64,000 bases of DNA from Vicugna vicugna. Its lineage: Eukaryota. Below, piece after piece: positions 1-29,900 of this stretch. Below the pieces are notes generated by a model, which was given only the letters and a program-made list of their open reading frames with translations, was not told the origin of the DNA and did not search any database. The stretch covers positions 248,001 to 312,000 of the forward strand of contig MU060486.1 of NCBI GenBank assembly GCA_013265495.1, given 5' to 3'. Position 1 is the stretch's first letter, and each line of letters opens with the position of its first letter. Both the position numbers and the translations under genes were made by a program.

Positions 1-1589
1 CCTCCTGGCCCACGAGCCCATCGAGTGTGACCCCCTAGAGCTCCCCACACGGAGGGGCTGATGGCCAGCTTCCACGTGGCACCAAGGGACCCATCAAGAA
101 TTGGTGTCATTGGAGAGGCTGGAGGGGTGGCGACCTGCCCACAGATGAGCCACAAAACCTCAAAATGATTTGCACTCATTTTTAGTGGGAACTGACTCAA
201 TTATCTCTGAGGGTGACATGCTGACATTTGAGGGGACAGGATTCCAGTCCCAAGGCGGAGAAAGGGGCTCTGGGACCCTGTGTGCAGGGGCGGGGGTGGG
301 GGCTTGCTCTGGGTGGGAGGTCAGCTGCCGCTCAGGAAGGGCAGGAACCCCAGGCCAGCTGGGGAGGGCAGAGGAGTGGGGGCCTCTCAGCTCCGGGAAG
401 TTTCTCCAGGGAGCCCGAGGCCCCCACCTGCCAGGTCCCTGCGGGGCTCGCATGCCTCCGCGGCCCCATGTGGACCCGGGCCAGGCGGGACCCAGGCTGC
501 AGTCCCAGCCGGAGGAGCTCATCCTCCATGGGGCAAGTGATGTGATAAGTGCTTTCATGGCAGGGACCCTGTTTTACGCCAACCTGTGCCCCTGACCCGG
601 CCTCCCCCCGCCCCACATTATGACAAGAACACACTTTTCCTTCTTACAGCATTTAATCAACAAATACTTACTCATTTCAGTTGAAAATGCAATGTTTATT
701 TAGCTCTTCTGCCCACTTTTTGATTGGGTTGCTTGTTTTTAAAAATCTTTATCTTTTAATCAAAACTTCCAATTGAGTGCTATTAATTTCTCAGAGTTAC
801 TAAATGTTCCAGATTATGAATAATGAAGAGGAGGCCTGTTTTAAGAGTTCACATTTGTTAGGGGAAGGGCTTTTTTTAAGTTGTTTCCAGGAATTAGTCA
901 AATCTAATGGAAAAATTAACACAAATAGTAAATATTAGTGGCCATCACCAGATCAGTGGCCTAGGTGAAGGCCCTGGAGAGATCTCTCTCAATGGTGTAG
1001 TGGTTCCTACCTGAAAAGACTCAACAACCCAAAGAAAATTCCAGACAAGAGAAGGAACTCTGCAAGTTTAGAGACCCTGAGCCCCTCAGTACCCTCCTCA
1101 CTCCACGTTTTCTTTTTTTCAAAGACATTTTTAAAAGCAGATTTAGGTCCACAGCAAAACTGAGAGGAAGGTACAGAGACCACCCCCCCACCCGCCTGCT
1201 GGATGACAGACCCGAGTAATCCGGGAGAGGCGCTGGTCAGCCCCCAACCCCCAGCCCTGCCCACCCCATCTCCCGGCTCTGCGCGCCTCGAGCCCGCCCC
1301 GGGGCCACCCAGGTGGGCTCCCCGCCCCCGGGCTTGCCTCTTCTCTCTTGGAGACGCTGCCTCCACCCTCAAGGGCTCTGCGGACTCACCTCCAAGCTGT
1401 TCCACGGCTGAGCCAGCTCCCACCCGTGGATGCAGAACAACGCAGTCTCCTAAAGAATAAGGAAGGTACAAAGCTCCCTTGTGATGGGTCAAGGCTGTTA
1501 AACAGAAATCAGATGCCTCCTACAGGCAAATGATGTTAGTCTCAACAAGCTGAGCTAGCATGAGCGGAAAACCGCTCCAGCACGTGCAA

Positions 1590-4500
1590 CCTGCCGTTTG
1601 CTAAGGGGAGGTCAGAAGGACCAGGTCGGACCTGCGCACAGTCGGAAGAGTGAAGCCAGGAGGGGACAGGAGGATGCCCGTCTCCTCACAACTAACCCAG
1701 GGCGCTGGGGCTGGTGGTCGCTACGAGGCTTCAGTAACCTTCGAAACGACTCCCAGATTATCTGCTGCTAGAGAATCATAATAAACGCGACGCAGAGCGG
1801 GCATTCGGGGCTCTTGACCCATGAGGTCTTGAGTCCCCTGGTCCCATCTTTGATCTCACTCTTGTGTCTGTCTTTCTTAAGTGCTGCGTTGCCCGTCCAT
1901 TTACAGGAACTGTTGCTGCGCTGGCCACAACGCTGCCTGCCCAGTCCTTGTCTGTTCCCTCAAACATGCTAGTATCAACACGTGAGTGAGTTTCAGCCTG
2001 TCTCCGACACCGAGGACAGGTCCTGCCGGCCACTGCGTCACCCAACGGGACGGCTCACGTAAGTGTTTGCTGGGTGAGCACGAAATTCAGGGAGCCCCCC
2101 GAGAAGGGCGGGTCCTCCTGAGTCAAGGGAAACGGCGGCGGTGGTGATGGGGACGAAGACAGTCCGGAGTGTCTGCAGGGGCTGCGGTCTGGGGTCAGCG
2201 AGGGCCAGGCTGTCTTTAATGACCCAGCAAAGGCAGTCATTTAGGGAAACAAACTTCGAACTTCGTGGAGGGGCTCCTCTTCCTGAGGCTAAAGAAGCCG
2301 ACCTGCTTTCACTGGGTGGTGATGGGAACTGCTTTCGGCTCTGCACAAGCGTCTCACGCTGACCCTTGCCTGTGAGGACACCGAGCGTGCTGATTTGACT
2401 CCTGAGGGGTGACTGTCACAGAAGACAGTTACCAGATCAGAGCACGGCGTGCTCAGATGCTTCAGAAGACTGGCCTCTAGACTCACTTCTGACCTGAGGA
2501 TCAGGAACTGGGATCTGGAGACTAAAGCTGACATATTTGACCCCTGTGTGTGTGTAAGTCAGGACTATTAGAGAGTCTGTAACTCAGAAGGTTTGAAGCA
2601 GGACAGTCCGGGGAAACCCGTCAGAGTGGAATGGCTAAGAAAAAGCTGACGGCACGAGAGAGGTAGTGCTTCTGTCCTTCTGCCCAAAGATGCCCCTCAG
2701 ACACTACGAAAGGGAAGCAGCGGTTCCAGTCATACACACTGACCCCCTCACGGAAGGACATTTGCTGGTCGACAGCGGAGAACCCGTGGGGAAGCTGGGG
2801 CATTGCTGTGCCTGGGAAGGTGGTTTGAGTTTAGAGGACCAGACACCCAGGTCAGGCTGGAGAAGAGGAGTGGGGACAGCGTTTCACCTGCGGAAGCTGG
2901 ACGCACTGAGAGGGCCGGAGAGGCACGGACATGTTCCCCCTGCAGGGGTGGCCATGGCGCTGCCATCAGCTGGAGATGGCCACACCCGCAGGAGTGCGCA
3001 TGGTAAACCGCAGGTGACTCTTGGGGAAAGTAACTCCATCTCACGGGAAACGCTGTGCTGGACTTTCCCCTCAGGGGGAGCCTGGAAATCCAAGCAGAGT
3101 ACCCTCTGCTCGCGCACCACCTGCCTCGGAGAAACAGGCAGGCGGCACAGACTTCAGGGGGCAAGCAGAGGGACAAAGGCTGTTTCCCCAAACAGAGCCA
3201 GGCGTGAACACCCTGGGGACTCTGGTGACGGGCAGGATCAGGTTCTCTTCAGCCAACCTTAACTCTAAGACTTCGAAAAGTAAGAAGAAAGAAAATTTCA
3301 ACAAGAGAAAATTCTTCTGTTTTCTTTACAATGAGAGTCATCAAGCAATCATCCCACGTTTAGTCCATTGCAGATACTGGAGAAAGAACCTGGCACAGTG
3401 TGGTGGGGGAATCAGCAAAAGTTTAAAACTGATTAAACAGGGCTACAGTGATAGACTTCTACAAATAGTTAACACAGTTACTACGCAATTACAGGACGAT
3501 GTGGTCGAGGCTCTCCGAGGCACTGGTGTAAAATCAAGCTCTGAAAGCAGCTCTTTGAAAATTATTTGGGTGGTTTAAAGAAAGAGAAAACAATTGTCTT
3601 TAAAATAAGAAAGTCATAAGAATACGCAAGTATTTTGTAAATCTGATAAAGATACAAGAAAAGTCATATTAAATGGTCACCTGAGCTGTGAAAGTAACAG
3701 AAGGTGGCCTGAGTAAACAAGCACACGAACAGCCAGGAAAGCCTGCTGCCCCAGAGCAGCAAGGCCTAATTTCTACTCCTGGTTTCTCAATCTGATTGTT
3801 AGCTAGGCCCCTAATTTATCTGGGGTTTTTCCTTGGTAATTAATTTCAGTTCTGTTGGTCTAGAGTGTTTTCAATTGCTCACTGTATGCCAGGAGATTTT
3901 TAAGAACACGGGGGAGTGCGAGTGGATAACCCACAGCCACATCCTGTGGGCTTGGGTTAGACACTGCGTTACATTGCAACGCGCTGGAGGCTGGAACTGT
4001 ACCATGCCTATTCCTGCAAGGCACTGGCCTGTGGCCACAGTGAGCGTCTCCTTGGTGACAGCGGCTTTCTCTGTTCAGCAGGCACTGAGCTCCTCCTACG
4101 TGCCAGGAAGACACTAAGGGTAAAGAGATGGATCAGATATATGTCTGACTCTGACAACCTTAAAGCCTGTGAAAGAACTTATGGCCCAACAAACCCACAG
4201 GATTTATAGACAAAGTGGGAAACACTGACATTTCCAGAAGGGCCAAATTATTGTGCATGGGTGAGGGGTGAGGATGGTAATCCCATCCTGGGTTACCGTT
4301 CATGGTCCTGGGTATCGTTCACGCAGATTGTACGGCCCTTTCCCAAGGCTGGAGACCTCACCTTCGCCAGTGCACGGATCCAGAGCACGGGGGCTGGGAG
4401 GGCCCCTGCTCCTCCGCCTGTGGGGAGAGAACGGGCGCCCCTCCTTCGGTCCTGCAGGGATTAAGATCCTTCACCAGGAAGGGCTAAGACCCTGTTTGTG

Positions 4501-5150
4501 GGGCCAGGACCCCACCAGATCAGGGTCTCGGGCTTTGGCCCCTGGCGCCGGGTGAAGAGAGACAAGCACAGGGCAACGGAAGGGCCACTGCTTATAAGCA
4601 GCACTCAGTCCACAAGTAAGCAAGGTCGGGCGCACATGACCTTGCCTCCGCTCTAAGTCCCCCTGCTCCCGTCCTCCCCGCCCATCCACTGCCTGCCACA
4701 GGTCATCACACTTCTGGGATCAGGTTTTCAGCTGGAAGACGTCCACTGGGTCTCACGGGCCCCTCTCCCCTTCCTCCCAGTGGGAGGTTCTCACTGGGAA
4801 CTAAAGAGGGGGAACACACTCCACCACACCCCTGCACCAGTCAACACTCGCCCCACTGACACAAAGAGCATTCGTTCATGGGGTGTCTGGCCTCTCATGA
4901 TTGCGGGGAATAGCAGGCCTTCCCAAGTGCCAAAGAGACAACACGGTTCGGGCGAGAAGAATATACATGGAAGTGTCCAGATAAAGCAGAGGAGGGCCCA
5001 GGGAACGTACTGTGGAGCTGATGCAGCTGATGCTTCTGGGCCCTTCTAAGGTCCTGGGGAGACCTCAGTGGTGTGTTCATGGGCTTCCATGTTTCTGTGG
5101 TGCCGGCAAAAGGAAGATGCAATCCTGCCGCCTGCCAGGAAGAGGCAGAC
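1590..5150 (+). mobile_element. Highly degenerate ERV-like proviral remnant (LTR-like, leader and env-like segments)
   Basis: LTR-like U3/R text at ~1780-1930; leader-like GTGAGT/GTAAGT donors at ~1982 and ~2059; env-like traces (R/W)KGHCL*AALSPQV at ~4577-4620 and TKSI...IAG at ~4860-4910; no long ORF; edges uncertain. Confidence 0.4.
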
Positions 5151-6811
5151 TAGGAATGTCTGTGATCAGCCTTGCCTGCCTACTAGTTGTGACTATTTGA
5201 AAGGTCCTCAGAAGGATGTGCCGTCACCCGTGTCGGTTTGAGCACGACAATCTCCCTACAGTTCACTCTGCTCACCTGCACAATGAGGTTGATAAGACAT
5301 ACCTGGGGTTGCTTAAAGGACTGTTCCAGCCTGCCACGTGGGTTCCTTTACTTGATTCACCAACTATCCTGGGCAAGGAAGCTTTATTATCTCCAGTTTA
5401 CACGAGGAACAGACAGCGCGTTGGAGTGGTTTTGCTTGACGCCACAGGCAGTGGCAAAGCTGGCAACAAAACGGCCCAGAGGAGTCTGGCTCCAGGGCCC
5501 GGGCCCCCCCAACAGCAGCACCGATTTTCAGCAGGGCTGTGGCTCAACTCAATTCAGATCAGTTTAACACAGCACACATCTCTCGGGCGTCTGTCCTTGC
5601 AGGGACCCTGTGTGAAAGTCAGGAGACAGACGAGACAGTCTGCAGGAAGGTGCTTTGGAGAAGTCCTGTTTTTAAGATAAAACTGTAACCACAGAGACAC
5701 GCTAAGGCAAAAACATACATAAGGTATTTCCAATGTATCAGATCTGTAAGGGGCAGAGGAAACTTTAATAGGTGACCAAAACACCCTTCTGCTAAACACA
5801 CAGTCAGAGCAGTCAGACTCCCCTGCGCTGTCACAGCTTTAGAATGGAGGGAGTGTGGAGACACGTGGAAGCACTCAGACCCCGGGCGGCGCGGCTGGAA
5901 CTGAAGCCACCAGGTCACCATCTTGAGACCCCTTTGGCCGGGACTCCCCGCCACTGCATCCTGAAGTGGGCTTCCCAGCCCCCGGGGTGCGTCCGGGCCA
6001 GGCCACAGGTGGGCTTAGGGGTGTGTGCTGCGGCCAGCGGGGCGCCTGCCCTGCTTCTGCCGCTTCACTCACGGGGCAGCTGGGTGACACGTGTTAGAGG
6101 CCTGCCCCAGGCTCACCGGGTGCAGCCCCGGGGCCAACTCCAGGCCGCAGGGAAGCTGACCGCTTCTGAACAACCACAGGTCTAGACCCGCTGTCCACAG
6201 ACGGCAAGGACCCACCAGAACCCTGCCTTCGTCCCAGGCCGGAGCCAGGAGCCCACACCACCCACTCTTGCCCTCCAGCTTCAGGGTCCAGCACGTCACC
6301 CCGACTGCTCGAAGACCCCACCGCCCATTGCGGCTCGCCCATCTCCCCGCTCACATTCACCATGTGCATTCAGGAACTGAGGGGACTGGTTTCACATCTC
6401 CCCCCGTAAACCCTCCGTGGGGGCAAACTCACTGCTTGCATGGTAAGACCCACAACTCGGCTTTCGCACTCTGCTTCCAGATTCAGCCTACACATTTGTT
6501 CCGTCTGGCCAACAGCAGTGAGCCCCACCCTGCACTCCTCCTGCTCCTGGCTCTTTCCCAGCTTGAAGCTTGAACCCTCTTGGTTCCCTTTAAATGAAAG
6601 CTTGATCTGAATTCCCACCTTCTGCTCGAGTCCCTTCCACTTGACCACTTGTGCCAAACAAGCCTTTTCCGCAGACCCACCCTTGTCTTGCACCATGGCT
6701 GTGGAGTAAGGCTTCTGATGGCAGAAACTTGCTTTGTGAAGTACTCACACCCTGGTCCCCTGCAGGACCCAGCACCGGGCCTGCGACTGTGCATTAGAAA
6801 CAGAAAATGTC

Positions 6812-7183
6812 TGTTGTAGTGCTACGGAAGTGACAGGCCAGCCAAGAACAAGCGCCACTCAGAGGGTTGGAGTACTCAGATTTATTACGCCAGTGGGCTC
6901 AACAGGGACTTTTGCTCCAAAGCTCTGAGCACCTCCAAGACATGTGCATGAGGTTTTATAGGGTTAATTACAAGCTTGGGGTATTTGACCAATAGGCACG
7001 GAATAGCTGTAGCAGCACCATTATCACAAAAGCAGAGGCAGGGAGGCAGCAGACTGACATTCCAAGGCCAGATATGTCTCTCTGAAAATCCAGCTGGCTA
7101 GCAAAAAAACGAGCAGGGAATCAGCAAACCGACACTTACTAACTTAGATTTACGAGTAGGCCCAGCCTGGCTTTTCCTTCACA
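6812..7183 (-). mobile_element. Solo ERV1-type LTR
   Basis: Minus strand TGTGAAGG...CTACAACA termini; CCAAT box 6989-6993; TATA (CTATAAAA) 6954-6961; AATAAA 6881-6886 in U3-R order; TSD not resolved. Confidence 0.78.
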
Positions 7184-7426
7184 GTAGCTGACGGTGCACA
7201 TATTGGTCTCTTGCAAACACTGATGTGTAACAAAATACCTTAGATTTTTTCTTGTAGAGATGACGGGGTTGGATAATGTAAGGATCACCTCCAACAGGGT
7301 CTCCAAAGTCCCCATCTTTGTTACTTTAAGTCTACTTTCATGAACCATAAACAGCACTTAGCTCACAAAACTATTAGTAATTTTAGGGGCCTATTTTTTA
7401 AAAACCAACTTAATCAAGGAGAGATT

Positions 7427-7548
7427 TTTATTTATTGTTCTAAAATTGAGTTAAATGTTAAATTAAATTTTAAAAAATGTTGTGAAGGCTTAGGAAGATA
7501 AAAAAAATTTAATAGACCTGGAGAAGGTAGAGAGGGATATCCTTTATT
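7427..7548 (-). terminator. Candidate ACAD8 polyadenylation signals (AATAAA at 7543-7548, 7431-7436, 7427-7432)
   Basis: tttatt on + in an AT-rich patch 0.7-0.8 kb past the stop; the site actually used cannot be determined from sequence. Confidence 0.4.
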
Positions 7549-8217
7549 TATCAATGTAGTGATTAAAACACTTAAAAAGAGAAGCAAGAAAGAAAAACAA
7601 AGCTCAGATAGAAAAAAGCATCCTCAAAACACTTATCAGGGGAGGTAGCAGACACTCTGAGCATCACTCCTAGACCACATGCTCATGAAACAGCACGCAT
7701 CTAAACTCCAAACGATCTCAGCCCTTGGTATTCGGGTGGCCACGGTGCAGACACACCCTGAATCATACACAGCTTCAGAGAAGAGCTCCCAGACACTCAT
7801 TTTATCATGATTTACTCTCAGAGGGGCTGCTGCCAAGGCGGTGCAACCCACAGGAACCTTCTGTGTCCTAAGCCGAGGCACAAGGGACAGAAAGAGATGA
7901 CGTTTTCTCACCGTTTCTCTCTGCTTTACAATCCGGAAAACCCTCCACCAAAGCACTCACGTCCCCAGGAGAGGATCTGGTGAGCAGGCAAACTGCAGAC
8001 CAGTCAAGACCGTGTGGGTCAGGAAGGGCAGTGGTCTGGGGTCAGTGCCCAGCGGTTGCCCTCTGCACCAGAGCAAGGCAGCGGTCTTCCTGCATCGGCC
8101 CGATTGGGGCGGCTCTTCTGGTCCTGCAGTGGATGCTCCAAAGGTCCCCCAGGAAGGCTGGGCCCTGGAGCGAGTCCAGGGTGAGCTCGGCATGGCTCGC
8201 GCATGGGGCGGGCCGGG

Positions 8218-26450
<18,233 letters not shown>

Positions 26451-26525
26451 AGCTCCCTCCCGCGCAGCTCGGCTCCGGCAAAGGTCTGGCGGCGCGGGAC
26501 ACCCGCCGGTCGGCCCAAGCGGCCG

Positions 26526-26587
26526 CGCCGCGCGGCACGCTGGGAACTGTAGTGCGCGCCGCACGGCACGCTGGGAACTGTAGTGGG
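26526..26587. repeat. 31-bp tandem duplication in the ACAD8/THYN1 promoter
   Basis: CGCCGC(G/A)CGGCACGCTGGGAACTGTAGTG(C/G)G x2. Confidence 0.9.
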
Positions 26588-26892
26588 CGCGGGGGGCTGC
26601 GTTACGACTCAAGGCGCCTACGCGAGGAGTCGGGACTACAACTCCCAGAGAACCCGGGGACGCGGCGCGCGCGGGGCGAGGGTGGTGGGACAGTGAGCCC
26701 GGGAGCGCTGCGGGGCGGGCTGTGCGCGATGGGGGCGTAGGTAACGGGGGAGGAGTCCGCGGCTCGACCCTGGCTGGGTGCTCCTCGCGGGGACCCCGGC
26801 TCCTCGCAGGGACCCTCGCAGCCCTCCGCCCGGCTCGCGCGGGCCTCTGGCGGACAGAGTCGCACGAGGCGCTGTCGGGCGAGGGGGAGACC

Positions 26893-26935
26893 ATGCCGAG
26901 ACCCCGGAAGAGGCTGGCGGGGGCTGCTGGGCCAG
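26893..26935 (+). CDS. THYN1: THYN1 exon 1 coding part
   Basis: ACC ATG CCG AGA ... CCA G|gtgag; MPRPRKRLAGAAGP; 43 nt. Confidence 0.93.
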
Positions 26936-29900
26936 GTGAGCTGCGCCTCTACTGCAGAAAGGCAGGACTTTTCCCCAGGCCCTTTTAGTGCCGGTACATT
27001 CCGCCCCTGCGTGTGGGGAGAGACCTCGGGGGATTGTTTTTCGGTGCGATATTCCTAATTGCCCTCTATCTTCTCCACTCTACCCGCCAAGCTCATGCCC
27101 AAGGCCCCTTCTGCTTGTTAGTTCTTTCAAGCAGTAGCTATTTGGTAAGCACAGAAGATCGGGATACAGGCTGGCACGTGCTGAGGCCGAGCGTGTACGG
27201 TTCCTGCTCTCAGGGGAAAAGCAAACATGAAAGGGCCTGGGAAACTGGATTGTTAGGGCTGTGCGGGCAGGGAGGAATCAGGGCACGCTCTGACAAGGAA
27301 GAGGTTTTGAGTCCAGCCATAAAGACTGCAGAGCTTCCTGCAGGCAAGGAAAACGAGATGTCTTTTTTATATTCACAAGAATGAACGGCATTCTGAGTGG
27401 AGGAAGAGCAGGAGCAAAGCAACTAAAGGTGAAGAAAGTAATGGCAAGGGTTTCAGGTTGATGGTGTTTAGACACGTGCCTGTTACCTCCAGTGGGACCA
27501 CTGGAAACTTGGAAGGCCCAGACTACCAGACATGGAGAACGATGGCTCATGTGGAGGCTGGACTCAGTCCAGAGGCGGGTAGGATGTTCATTAAGTGGGG
27601 CTTCACATAGACCAGAGCGACAGGTCCTGATTGTGTTGGATGTGTAATCTGGGACACATCCCGATGAAAGGGACATCTCATAGGTAATATAGGTTAACGA
27701 AGTTACAGTTAGGGTCACACAGAGCTTAGGATTTGTCACATAGGGTAAAATACAATCTTTACAATGTTTACAAGACTCTATGCGAACTGTTTTATTCGAC
27801 TTCTCTTGGCACCTTCAAGGAGTAGGGAAGAGGCAGGCCACAGAGCACAGTAGGCAAGAACCAGAAGTCTGAGATGAAGATGGTAATAGGTGATATTTAT
27901 TGAACACTTGTGAGTACACCAGGCTATTTAACCATCAAAACAAGTCCTCGGAGTGCATGTTCAGTCTCCTTGCTGGAGAGAGCAGCCTGAGCGAAGGCAC
28001 AGGAGAGTGACAGAGAGAAAGCACTCACTGACTGCTTAACAGTTGCGGGAGGTGTTCTTGCCCACTGAGCAGGTAATCCAGGAGACAGCCTGTGAGGAGG
28101 GCGTTCTTGTCCCGTTTTTGTAGGTGAGAAACCCGGGTTCAGCAGTTAAGGCGCTCCTGACACATGCAGGATTTGAGTCCAGCACTGACTCCAAGGCATG
28201 TGCTCTCCTTACAACAGAACGTTCTCTCAGTCAAGCAAGACAGCTCTCTTCTTTTTGCCTCTATTGCAGACAAGAAGGGGCCAGAAGGAAAACGTGCCAA
28301 AACGGAGGCCCCAGGTGAGGCACTGGCCAAAGTGGAGAACTCCAGCCTTCAGAAGACTTCAGCCTCTAAAGACTGTGGGGAGAATCTAAGCAGGTACTGG
28401 CTGATGAAGTCAGAGCCAGAGAGCCGGCTGGAGAAAGGCGTAGATGTGAAGGTGAGGTCGGTGCTTGCCTCGAGTGCCATCACCAGCTTCTCTTGGAAGG
28501 GTAGGGAGAAGGCAGTAAGGAGTGAAAGCAGCAGGATTTGTTACCAACAGCTGTCTGTCCTGTGATCGCCCAGGGAAGGGGCTGGAGACTTTCTGTAGGA
28601 AGGTCAGATGTTGCTGTTGTAACTCTCCTCTTGTTACAAGAAGGGGGCCACAGACTACATGTGTCTATGTTCTAATAAATGGTGTGGCCAAGTTCCACTG
28701 AAACTATGAACATAATCGGTCTTGTTGCTAGATCTGGCTTGAGGGCTGGGGTTTGCTAACCCTGATCTAGGCAGCAATCTTGGTTGCCTTTGTCTTGCCA
28801 CCTGCCATGCTCCTAGGTGTCTGTCTCCCTGCCAGCAGCTGGTCTATGTTCAGGGGACAAATGTAAATCAATCATCATCAGAGCCTGGAGAATACGTAGA
28901 GATAGTACAGAAGAGATACATATTTCAATGAGTGAAATACGAATAACAAGAGGACTACTTTATCATTTGGGTATCCATTCAACTCATCTCCTTGAAGAGC
29001 AAGGATGAGAGGTAACATAAGGCTTACCTGCATTTGCCCAGTATAAGTGGCTCTGTAGAGCTGCTTTCCAGCAAACTACCTGCTTCCACTGTAGCCAGCA
29101 GCCCCTCAGTGTAGGGAAAGAAACCGTCTCCTTCCATGTGTTCTTACCAGTTGGCCCAGAACTGTTTGGTGAGTGACTTGGTTTTCTCCTCGCCTAGTTC
29201 AGCATCGAGGACCTGAAAGCACAGCCTGAGCAGACGGCGTGCTGGGATGGCGTTCGCAACTACCAGGTAAGAGGGTGCGAGCTGGACCGCAGACCCGGGG
29301 AAGCGAAAGCCTGCCTCCTCCTTGCGACTCATTCAGCAGCAAAATCTCTTGGCCAAGCTTGCTTTTAACAGATATCTTCACTGCTCTGACTGCATGCAGT
29401 TTTCAAGTGGCCGTGTTCTAGCCAGTGTCCTGATACGAGTCTGGGCACAGGGCAAGAAGTGAATTGAACTGGGAGGAGGTTGCAAAGGAAGTCTCACCTA
29501 ATAAAAGCAGACCTGACTTCTGGGCTAGTCTCTTCCAGCCGGTGGGGAGGACAGTTCTGTCGTCTCCCCTGAACAGGCCCGGAACTTCCTCAGAGCCATG
29601 AAGCTGGAGGAAGCAGCCTTCTTCTACCACAGCAACTGCAGAGAGCCAGGCATTGCAGGACTCATGAAGGTCAGTCATACGGGGTTAGCTACGTGACAGA
29701 AGGAAGCGCGCACTCCCCACCTGCTGTCGCAGGAGTGCGGAACGGGGCAGGCCTCCACTTCAGGCCCCACTGGCACAGACTCTCCATTCACTCAGAAACA
29801 GGCCCAGTGGCAGCTCTCCCAGGCGAGGAGCTACCGGGACGAACCTGCCTGTAGGGGGAGAAACAGTGGCACCAACAGGCTGTAACACTTCTAAGGGTTT

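Noticed and set aside
4561-4620. Minus-strand SAAYKQWPFRCP resembling a Gag zinc knuckle
   Set aside because: The Cys/His ligands are missing, and the plus strand gives a better env-like motif at the same place.
5870-6350. CpG-enriched patch with GC box, TGACGT and a GTGAGC donor on the minus strand, a possible promoter or first exon
   Set aside because: The motifs are short and common, with no ORF or homology support. Needs CAGE data.
160-6800. Many 100-200 aa ORFs in the ORF track (e.g. 2666-3262, 3021-3578, 5216-5680, 6370-6696)
   Set aside because: No recognisable domains, many start at GTG/TTG, and they overlap in several frames. This is expected in GC-rich mammalian non-coding or ERV-derived DNA.
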